From Candidatus Hydrogenedentota bacterium (GTDB lineage: Bacteria; Hydrogenedentota; Hydrogenedentia; Hydrogenedentales; SLHB01): 30,020 bases of DNA. This document shows positions 8,179 to 15,576 of the stretch, piece by piece. A model generated the notes under the pieces. It was given only the letters and a program-made list of their open reading frames with translations. It was not told the origin of the DNA and did no database searches. Within the stretch, counting starts at the first letter, position 1. Every line of letters starts with the position of its first letter. Location: NCBI GenBank assembly GCA_045863335.1, contig BTVY01000058.1, forward strand, positions 1 through 30,020, in the 5' to 3' direction. Both the position numbers and the translations under genes were made by a program.

Positions 8179-9432
8179 ATGCTATATCCGAGACATCTCA
8201 GTGGCCCGCTTATGGATGCGCTTTCCGATACTCCTGTGGTGGTGTTGCACGGCGCACGGCAGACGGGCAAAAGTACGCTCGCCCAATCCCTTGCGAGAGG
8301 AAGACACGCTTCGCAATATCTCACCTTGGACGACCTCGGGGTGCTCCGTACGGCAAAACATGATCCGGAAGGTTTCATCGGAGGTCTATCCGGTCCAGTC
8401 GTAATTGACGAAATACAACGTGCACCTGAGGTGCTACTGGCGATTAAGGCGGATGTAGATCGCCACCGCGTTCCAGGTCGTTTCCTGCTTACGGGTTCCG
8501 CTCACGTACTGCATATTCCGCGCCTCGCCGATGCCTTGGTAGGTCGAATGGAGGTATTGACGCTCTGGCCGCTGTCTCAAGGGGAGCTTGACCGCAATAA
8601 GGAGAGCTTCGTGGATCGCCTGTTCTCCGAGATTCCGTTTCCGTATTCAACGACGCGAGGTCCATCCCGCGACGGCATCTTCCGTCGCGTCGTACAGGGT
8701 GGATTTCCGGAGATCACGCACCGGACAAAACCCGAGAGGAGACGGGCTTGGTTCGACGCCTACCTCAATACGATAATGCAGCGCGACGTGCGCGATCTCT
8801 CGAACATCACGGGATTGGCGGAGTTGCCTCGCTTGCTGAACATCTTAGCCGCTCGGGCCGGCGGACTTATTAACTATGCCGACCTGGCCCGCGACGCGGG
8901 TCTGAATCAAGTCACGCTAAAGAAGTACTTTACTCTGCTCGCGTCAGTCTTCCTCATCGTCTCTATCCGGCCTTGGTTTTCGAATCGTATCAAGCGGTTG
9001 ATGAAGTCCGAAAAGCTGTACCTCTCGGATACCGGATTGCTGGCCCACCTTCTGGGAGTCGAGTGGGACGACCTCGCAAAGGACACTCACGCCAAAGGTG
9101 CATTGCTCGAAAACTTCGTCGCTGTCGAGCTTCTAAAGCAACTTGGTTGGTCCCGAACTCGTCCACAGATGTTCCACTATCGGCACTACTTCGGCGAGGA
9201 GGTAGACTTCCTCCTGGAAAGCCCTGGTCGCAAGAAAATCGTGTGTATTGAAGTGAAGGCTGCCAAAACCATACAACCGGGCGATTTCAAAGCCATGCGT
9301 TCCCTTGCGGAAGCGATCGGGACTACATTTCACCGGGGAGTTGTGTTGTATATGGGCGACCAAATTATACCGATAGCCGCAAACCTTCATGCGGTACCGA
9401 TCCATCACCTTTGGACCGCGACCGACAAGTAA
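8179..9432 (+). CDS. AAA_14 / DUF4143 ATP-binding protein with C-terminal PD-(D/E)xK-like domain
   Basis: Walker A GARQTGKS, Walker B IDEIQ, FLLTGS, L.GR, GGFP, KLYLSDTGL, LENFV, EVDFLLE...IEVK; strong RBS. Confidence 0.92.
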   Translation: MLYPRHLSGPLMDALSDTPVVVLHGARQTGKSTLAQSLARGRHASQYLTLDDLGVLRTAKHDPEGFIGGLSGPVVIDEIQRAPEVLLAIKADVDRHRVPGRFLLTGSAHVLHIPRLADALVGRMEVLTLWPLSQGELDRNKESFVDRLFSEIPFPYSTTRGPSRDGIFRRVVQGGFPEITHRTKPERRRAWFDAYLNTIMQRDVRDLSNITGLAELPRLLNILAARAGGLINYADLARDAGLNQVTLKKYFTLLASVFLIVSIRPWFSNRIKRLMKSEKLYLSDTGLLAHLLGVEWDDLAKDTHAKGALLENFVAVELLKQLGWSRTRPQMFHYRHYFGEEVDFLLESPGRKKIVCIEVKAAKTIQPGDFKAMRSLAEAIGTTFHRGVVLYMGDQIIPIAANLHAVPIHHLWTATDK

Positions 9433-9495
9433 GAGAAGCGGAAGATTGGAAGAAAGCTACCAAATGTGATGCGCCGACACTGTCTTACGCCAAAG

Positions 9496-9504
9496 TGTTA
9501 TGAT
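9496..9504 (+). promoter_or_regulatory. Possible extended -10 promoter for the TIM-barrel/Gfo/ThuA genes
   Basis: TGTTATGAT (TGn-TATGAT) about 55 bp upstream of ATG 9561; no good -35. Confidence 0.35.
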
Positions 9505-9560
9505 GGGGGAGGGCGAAGCCGCATATTCGGGGGAAGTGGAATTCGCCAGAGGGGGTAAAG

Positions 9561-10433
9561 ATGCGAATTGGATTTCACACGGACGCCTTCAATTCTTCCT
9601 ACTGGAACTTCGAGCAATGCCTGCGATGGGCCGAGCGCAACGATGTCCACTACATCGAGTGCGGGCTCATTGACGGCGTGAGCTGGATTCACGGCCTGGG
9701 CTACCAGCCGCACGTCGCCCTCTACGAAGACCCGCTGCTCCTCCGCAAGAAGATGGAAGGGTACGGCGTTCGCTTCTCTCAGGTGGACGCGGCCTATCCC
9801 CTGTCCGGAGCGGACGGACCCAGCCGCGGGCTGCCATATGTTCTGAAGTCTATCCCCTGGGCCAAGCACGCCGGCTGCCCTAACGTGGCCACGACGGACG
9901 GACTCCACAAACCCGAAGGCCTCACCGACGGCGAAGCCATGGACCACATGAAGCGCAGTTTCGCGCAGATCGTGGCCTGCGCCGAAGCCTACGAAATCAC
10001 GGTGAACATCGAGGTCCACGGCTACTTCACGACCAACCCCGATCGCATGGCGGAGATGCTCGCCTTCTGCGACAGCCCCTACCTCCGCATGAATCTCGAC
10101 ACGGGCAACACCTTCATCGCCGGCCAAGATCCGGTGGCCTTCGCGAAACGGTTTCTGGACAAGGTCGCCCACGTCTACGTCAAAGATGTGAGCGAAACTC
10201 TCGCCGCCGCCGCGCGTGGCGAGCAAACCGGCATCGCGGTCAGCCATTGCGCCATCGGCGACGGCGTAAACGCGGAAAACATCGAACAATGCCTGACCCT
10301 GCTCCACGGCCGCGACTACGACGGCATCCTCAGCATGGAATGCGAAGGCCAGGGCGGGCCGCTCATCGAAAAGTCACTGGCGTGGTTGCGGCAAACCTTG
10401 TCGCAACTGGGGATCGCCGAGCAAGACGTATGA
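9561..10433 (+). CDS. Sugar phosphate isomerase/epimerase family (xylose-isomerase-like TIM barrel) protein, no signal peptide
   Basis: RBS GAGGGGG; NIEVHG, NLDTGN, HVYVKD, IGDG, YDGILSMECE. Confidence 0.9.
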   Translation: MRIGFHTDAFNSSYWNFEQCLRWAERNDVHYIECGLIDGVSWIHGLGYQPHVALYEDPLLLRKKMEGYGVRFSQVDAAYPLSGADGPSRGLPYVLKSIPWAKHAGCPNVATTDGLHKPEGLTDGEAMDHMKRSFAQIVACAEAYEITVNIEVHGYFTTNPDRMAEMLAFCDSPYLRMNLDTGNTFIAGQDPVAFAKRFLDKVAHVYVKDVSETLAAAARGEQTGIAVSHCAIGDGVNAENIEQCLTLLHGRDYDGILSMECEGQGGPLIEKSLAWLRQTLSQLGIAEQDV

Positions 10434-10463
10434 CAGAAATACTTGAAGAAGGGGGAAGTTTTA

Positions 10464-11789
10464 ATGAGTGCAAGCATAAGCTCATCCCGAACGCGCAGAG
10501 AATTCCTGAAACTGGCGGCCGGTGCCGCAATCGCGCCAACGATACTCAGCCGGCGCGCGTCAGGCGCAACCGCCGCGAATGACCGGATCGGCGTTGCGAT
10601 TATCGGATCCGGCGGGCGCGGACGATCGCATGTGGGCGGTTTCCAGCCTTTCGATTCCGCGCAGATCCGCGTGGTCTGCGATGTGAACGCCGTCAATCGC
10701 GCCGCCGCCAAGAATCGCGTCGACTCGATGTACGGCAACACGGATTGCGAGTCCATGCGCTTTTTCGAGGCGGTGTGCCTGCGCGACGACATCGACGCCG
10801 TCGTCATCGCGGTGCCCGATCACTGGCATGCCCTGATTGCGCTCGCCGCGGCAAACAACGGCAAGCACATCTACCTGGAAAAACCCTTCGCCTACTCCAT
10901 GGAAGAAGGAAAAGCTATCGTTGACGCCGTGCGCAAGAACGGCGTGGTCTTTCAGCACGGCACTCAACAGCGGTCGGACCCGAACTACTGGCGCGCCTGC
11001 ATGCTCGCCCGCAACGGTCACCTCGGTACCGTGCACACCGTCCGCGTAGGCTCGCCATTCGGCTTGAAAGGCGGCAGCCTGGAAATGGTGCCCGTACCGG
11101 AAGGTCTCGAATACGACCGCTGGCTGGGTCCCGCGCCGTTTAATCTTTACACCCCCGGCCGCTGCGATGGCTCCAGCGGGCAGGGCTGGTACCACATTCG
11201 CGACTATTCCGGCGGCTGGATCACCGCGTGGGGCGCCCACGATGTCGACATCGCCCATTGGGGCATCGGCGCGGACGACAGCGGCCCCGTCGAGGTCTCC
11301 GGCGAAGCCGAATTTGCGACCGACGGCGCGTACGACACCGCCTGGCGTTGGCACTTCGATCTCTCCTACGCCAACGGCGCCAAGGTCGTCTACGCCAGCG
11401 AAGACGAGAATCCCCACGGCGTGAAGTTCGAGGGATCGGAAGGCTGGATCTTCGTCAACCGCGAGAAATTGGAAGCGGAACCAGCATCCCTGCTTGAGAT
11501 TCCGCTGGATGGCAGCGCGGTACAACTGACCAAGGCCGACAACCACATCGGCAATTTCCTGGACGCCATCCGCAACGGTATTCCTGTCACAGCGCCCATC
11601 GAAGCAGCCCATCGTTCGACCGACGCGTGCCACCTCTGCAACATCGCCGCCGTTCTCAAACGCCCCGTTCACTGGGACCCGGCCAAAGAACAGTCCGTGG
11701 ACGACAACGAAGCGACTGCATTGATGTCCAGACCCATGCGCGAGCCCTGGTCCCTGACACGGCCCAGCCCCAATCCGGCTGCGGTGTAG
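10464..11789 (+). CDS. Tat-exported Gfo/Idh/MocA family oxidoreductase
   Basis: ATG 10464 after GAAGGGGG; TRREFLK Tat motif; IGSGGRG, IDAVVIAVPDHWH, YLEKP, QHGTQQRS, WLGPAP, WGAHDVD. Confidence 0.93.
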   Translation: MSASISSSRTRREFLKLAAGAAIAPTILSRRASGATAANDRIGVAIIGSGGRGRSHVGGFQPFDSAQIRVVCDVNAVNRAAAKNRVDSMYGNTDCESMRFFEAVCLRDDIDAVVIAVPDHWHALIALAAANNGKHIYLEKPFAYSMEEGKAIVDAVRKNGVVFQHGTQQRSDPNYWRACMLARNGHLGTVHTVRVGSPFGLKGGSLEMVPVPEGLEYDRWLGPAPFNLYTPGRCDGSSGQGWYHIRDYSGGWITAWGAHDVDIAHWGIGADDSGPVEVSGEAEFATDGAYDTAWRWHFDLSYANGAKVVYASEDENPHGVKFEGSEGWIFVNREKLEAEPASLLEIPLDGSAVQLTKADNHIGNFLDAIRNGIPVTAPIEAAHRSTDACHLCNIAAVLKRPVHWDPAKEQSVDDNEATALMSRPMREPWSLTRPSPNPAAV

Positions 11790-11840
11790 GCTCGGGAAAT
11801 GAACCTGATTTCGTGTCGCAAGGAAAATGCTCGAGGCAGA

Positions 11841-11921
11841 TGCCATGGCCTTCAAGGCCATGATTCGAGGTGCCACGGGCTTCCAGCCCGTGAATCCCGC
11901 GCAAGTGGGCATCTTGCCCAC
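11841..11921. repeat. Three REP-like hairpins at about 30-bp spacing
   Basis: CATGGCCT-tca-AGGCCATG (11844-11862), CACGGGCT-tcc-AGCCCGTG (11874-11892), GTGGGCA-tct-TGCCCAC (11905-11921). Confidence 0.75.
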
Positions 11922-11962
11922 AAGCGCCAAGGCGGCGCCAATTCAATGACAGAGGTCACAAC

Positions 11963-13192
11963 ATGAATCGCAAGAGATTGAAAGCACTTACCGCGCTAAT
12001 CTGCCTGGGTGTTGTCTTCACGCCCCTCTGTTACGGTCAGCCCAACATCGATGTTTCACCCATGCTTCCAAACGGCTCGCATATGCTGGCGTACCTCAAT
12101 TGCGGCGCGGCACAGTCCGCACATCAAGAACACGGCGTTCGGATTGCACTGACCCACGGTGAGTCCAGAGTTTCTTCAGCGCCTGAAGCACCATTCTCCG
12201 GCGAGGCCGCGGACGCCGATCGCGTCGAGTTCACCGTGTCGGGCCTGCAATCCGGCAACGACTACGGCCTCGGGTTCACCTGGTTCGACGCGAACGGCGA
12301 AGGCCGCGAACAGTCGGTGCAATTCAAGACCGGCGACGGATGGGAAACCGTCCTGCCTCACGCCAAGCCCCTCGCGTTCCACGGCGATCAACCCACCTGG
12401 GCCCGCGTGCTGCTGCCGATTCCAGCACGGTTCATTCAAGACGGTTCGACCTCCGTCGCATTCGTGCGGGAGGCAGGGGAGTCGGTCGGCGTAAACGAGC
12501 TGTGGCTCCTTAGCCGCGACCCGAACGACGCCCGAAAACGCGTGCTACTCGTCACCGGCGACGACTGGACAGGGCACCTCTGGCGCGATACGGGGCCCGA
12601 GGTCGCCGAGATCCTGCGTGAAGACACGCGGTTGGAAGTGTCCATCACCGAGTCGCCATACATCCTGGCGTCACCACTGCTGGACCGCTACGACGCCGTC
12701 GTCCTCCATTTCAAAAACTACAACGATCGCCTTCCTCTTGGCGAAGTCGTCTGGTCCGGATTGGATCGCTATGTGCAGTCCGGCCACGGCTTGGTGCTCG
12801 TCCATTTCGGATGCGGCGCCTTCCAGGAGTGGGAAGGCTACGTTCGTCTGTGCGGACGCGTCTGGGACCCCGCCAAGCGTGGACACGACCCCTACGGACC
12901 CTTTGAGGTCCGCGTTGCCAACCCCGCGCACCCCATCACCCGCGACATGCTGTCCTTCGAAACGGCCGACGAACTCTATACCTGTCTCATCGGCGCGACC
13001 CCCATCGATATCCTCTTCGACGCAACCTCGAAGGTGGACGGTACGGTTCATCCCATGGGATTCGTCTTGCCCGAATCCGGAGGCCGCGTCTTCCATTGCA
13101 CCCTCGGCCACGACGTCCCATCCCTCCAGCACCCCGGAACCCGCGACCTCTACCGCCGCGCCACCGCCTGGGCCGCTGGCTTAGAGCCATAA
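11963..13192 (+). CDS. Secreted ThuA-like (class I glutamine-amidotransferase-fold) protein with N-terminal beta-sandwich domain
   Basis: RBS GAGG; Sec signal; C-terminal RVLLVTG..GH.W, YDAVV, GHGLVLVH, HPIT, DELY, GGRVFHCTLGHD, WAAG. Confidence 0.85.
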   Translation: MNRKRLKALTALICLGVVFTPLCYGQPNIDVSPMLPNGSHMLAYLNCGAAQSAHQEHGVRIALTHGESRVSSAPEAPFSGEAADADRVEFTVSGLQSGNDYGLGFTWFDANGEGREQSVQFKTGDGWETVLPHAKPLAFHGDQPTWARVLLPIPARFIQDGSTSVAFVREAGESVGVNELWLLSRDPNDARKRVLLVTGDDWTGHLWRDTGPEVAEILREDTRLEVSITESPYILASPLLDRYDAVVLHFKNYNDRLPLGEVVWSGLDRYVQSGHGLVLVHFGCGAFQEWEGYVRLCGRVWDPAKRGHDPYGPFEVRVANPAHPITRDMLSFETADELYTCLIGATPIDILFDATSKVDGTVHPMGFVLPESGGRVFHCTLGHDVPSLQHPGTRDLYRRATAWAAGLEP

Positions 13193-13215
13193 CTGAATCG
13201 GTCTATTGATTTAAG

Positions 13216-13486
13216 AACATCCCCCTTTGTCCCCCTTCGAAGGGGGAATAAGAGCGGTTTCCGCAGTCTCTGTTTGCGTCATGATTTCTTTACCTTGCGT
13301 CCAATGGATCTCGGTATAGCGCTTCCACGTTAGAGCCTAAGATTCATTTGGCCTGAAATCTAAGTTACGTAATCCGAGCCAGAGCGCCACTTCAGACGCA
13401 TTTGGCCATCTGCGCCACGATGCCATTCCCGCGCCGCGCAGCAGGCGCGAAAATTCCCCCTTCGAAGGGGGACAAAGGGGGATGTT
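13216..13486. repeat. Perfect 34-bp inverted pair of family A repeats between convergent genes
   Basis: AACATCCCCCTTTGTCCCCCTTCGAAGGGGGAAT (13216-13249) is the exact reverse complement of 13453-13486; 203-bp spacer. Confidence 0.9.
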
Positions 13487-13519
13487 TCTTCGAGTCTTTC
13501 CCGGTGACTCCGTCCATAG

Positions 13520-14557
13520 CTACTCGTAAAACCACGCCGCCGGGATGGTCCGCAATTGGAGCGACAACCCGCCCTTGTAATTGAAGTACGTGAGATACGC
13601 CACCTCCCCAATCCACGTCACCGCCGGATACGCCCAGGCATCATCGGGTGCCTCTTCGATGTTTCGGAGATGCTCCCATGTTTCGCCTTCGTTTCTAGAT
13701 AGGGCTGCTGTCAAGGGATTCCTCGCGGATCCGCCAGGATTATGGTTCCAAATCGCTAACAAGTCGCCCGTGCCCGGCACGCGACTGATTGACACCGGCG
13801 CGGCGGTTCCCTTCAAATCGGTCGCCTCCGGCACCGACCACGTTTCGCCGCCGTCCTCCGAAATGCTCCGGTACTGACCCCCCAACTGGGTTCTCATGAG
13901 CATCAGTACCCGCTCATCCTTCAACTCGACACACGCAGGTTCCCACGAGCCGGTCTCGGGTTGCACCCGCTGCGACTCCCGCCACGTTTCCCCGTCGTCG
14001 TCGGACAGATAGCAGTAGCTGTCGCCGCCTTCCCAGGCCTCCAGCAGGATCCGGCCGGAACTTAGTCGAATGCTTCGCCCGTTGGTAAGTCCGGTATACT
14101 TTCCATCTGGACTGAGCTGTTTTGGCGACTCAAAGATCTTCCCCTCGTCCGATGACACGCGCATCATGACCCGGCAGTCCGTGCTTTCGGTGTTCTTCTG
14201 GCAGTAAAACAGCGCGATGCGGTTGTCCTTGAGCCGGAGGAAATTCACCTCCATCACGTTGCACCCGCCGTCGTTCTCCACCAGCGTGTACTTCTCGCCC
14301 CAGGTCCGTCCGCCGTCCGTGGATACCATCCCCGAGATCCGCGCCGGACCGTGGTCCGCCCCGTCGCCCGCGTAGAATTCCGTCCAACCCAACAGCAACG
14401 AACCATCCTCTAGCGGAATAATGGCCGCCTCGCTGTTCCGCGGATTCTCCGGTCCCACCGGCGCCACGGTCATGTGAAACGCCTCATTCGGAGCCTGCCC
14501 TTCCGCGATTCCCAACACCATGAAACAGATGCAGGCAAAAGAAACGAACATCCCCAT
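13520..14557 (-). CDS. Secreted BNR/Asp-box beta-propeller (sialidase-like fold) protein
   Basis: Likely start MGMFVSFAC at 14557 (or 14551) after a purine-rich RBS. Asp-boxes STDGGRTW, SSDEGKIF, SDDDGETW, SEDGGETW, SRNEGETW; WEP, RNPL, WAYP. Confidence 0.88.
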   Translation of the reverse strand: MGMFVSFACICFMVLGIAEGQAPNEAFHMTVAPVGPENPRNSEAAIIPLEDGSLLLGWTEFYAGDGADHGPARISGMVSTDGGRTWGEKYTLVENDGGCNVMEVNFLRLKDNRIALFYCQKNTESTDCRVMMRVSSDEGKIFESPKQLSPDGKYTGLTNGRSIRLSSGRILLEAWEGGDSYCYLSDDDGETWRESQRVQPETGSWEPACVELKDERVLMLMRTQLGGQYRSISEDGGETWSVPEATDLKGTAAPVSISRVPGTGDLLAIWNHNPGGSARNPLTAALSRNEGETWEHLRNIEEAPDDAWAYPAVTWIGEVAYLTYFNYKGGLSLQLRTIPAAWFYE

Positions 14558-14811
14558 TCCAACCTTCCCTTCCTTGTTCGCAACGTTGCACTTAAGTCCA
14601 AAATCTGTCCCTTGGCTCCGTCGTAGACCATGCCAAGGTGAGAACCCGAAACGCAATTGCCGCAAATTCGAACGCTTTGACGGAAACCATGACTACACTA
14701 CGGCTCTTTGCACAAGGATTTCCACGAAGTTGGGAATACTCGGCAGCCCCGAACTGGGCGGCTCGAATGTAGCCCAGCGCTGCAAAGCCGCAATCAAACG
14801 AATAACTTGTC

Positions 14812-14894
14812 CGCAGATTACGCAGATGGTCGCAGATGAGAGTGATCAGAGGAAAAGACCTTTTGTCCACACAGTGCTGTCCTAAACATCTGCG
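14812..14894. repeat. Short CGCAGAT tandem repeat with one inverted copy
   Basis: CGCAGAT at 14812, 14821 and 14831; ATCTGCG at 14888-14894. Confidence 0.6.
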
Positions 14895-15007
14895 CAGTGC
14901 AATCGAGGGAAAGGCCCAACATGCCATTTTTCAGAGAAAACGAGCTTTGCAGTTTGACGTTGGTGCTCGACACGCTCCAGGCGCGTCTGTCTGGGAGTGA
15001 GTTTCGC

Positions 15008-15296
15008 ATCGCGTCATCCTGAGCGATTAGCGAAGGATCTCTTGGGAATCGACGCACAACTGACTAGAGATCCTTCGCTAATCTCTGCTAAGAACATGGT
15101 CCGCAAATCATTTTGTATCAATAGCCGTGGTTTCTCGGTATCGGGATCGCTATCGGGATCGCTATCGAGTGGGAAGCGCACAGCGATTTCGATACCGATC
15201 CCGATAGCGATATCAACAATGGGTGCTGGCGCTCGCGAATGTTCGCCCGCGATTCGCCACGCCCCCAGCGTGGTCCGTCGCTCAGGATGACGCGAT
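15008..15296. repeat. 35-bp inverted repeat (GTCATCCTGAGCG...GAAGGATCTC type REP pair) with interrupted right arm
   Basis: Left arm 15008-15042. Its exact reverse complement is present as 15066-15083 (18 bp) plus 15280-15296 (17 bp). Confidence 0.9.
15084..15279. mobile_element. 196-bp insertion within the REP arm, carrying inverted ATCGNN hexamer arrays
   Basis: Interrupts an otherwise perfect IR. TC occurs at both junctions (15082-15083, 15278-15279). Internal 23-bp IR at 15146-15168 / 15189-15211 (1 mismatch). Subterminal hairpin CCACGC-cccca-GCGTGG at 15257-15273. Confidence 0.7.
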
Positions 15297-15343
15297 ATCC
15301 GAATGCCTTGAGAAAGATGTAATATGGAACAGGCTTCATATTA

Positions 15344-15450
15344 AGCCCCGTTAGGGGCGACGGATTTTAGCCCAGGGTGGAGCGAGGCACGAGCGGAACC
15401 CTGGGTCACGGGGTCGCCGCCCCGTCACACAGCCCCCGAACGGGGGCGGC
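15344..15450 (+). repeat. REP-like hairpin cluster (AGCCCC-n-GGGGCG / CCCAGGGT...ACCCTGGG)
   Basis: GCCCC-gtta-GGGGC (15345-15358), CCCAGGGT (15371-15378)/ACCCTGGG (15398-15405), GCCCCCG-aa-CGGGGGC (15432-15447). Confidence 0.65.
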
Positions 15451-15576
15451 AGAATTGCGACCTCTCAAAATAGTAGTCCCCGACCACCGCCGATTCCAAG
15501 GGGCCACATTGGCCGCGCTCCGTCGACTGGATTACAATAAGGTACGCCGTCTCACCGGCGAATGGGGGAAGCCGAC

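Noticed and set aside
11841-11921. Mini CRISPR array
   Set aside because: Repeats are non-identical and separated by only a few bases, with no spacers and no cas genes.
13181-13340. TTAGAGCC direct repeat (13181 and 13330) as IS end or target duplication
   Set aside because: Only 8 bp, and no matching inverted end found; compatible with chance.
14560-15000. tRNA, riboswitch or known ncRNA in the long intergenic region
   Set aside because: No cloverleaf, T-loop or riboswitch consensus recognised by eye; an Rfam/Infernal scan would be needed to exclude one.
14997-15339. Small ORFs with SGSLSGSLS / IPIPIAI repeats
   Set aside because: Translation artefacts of the ATCGNN hexamer arrays; no RBS.
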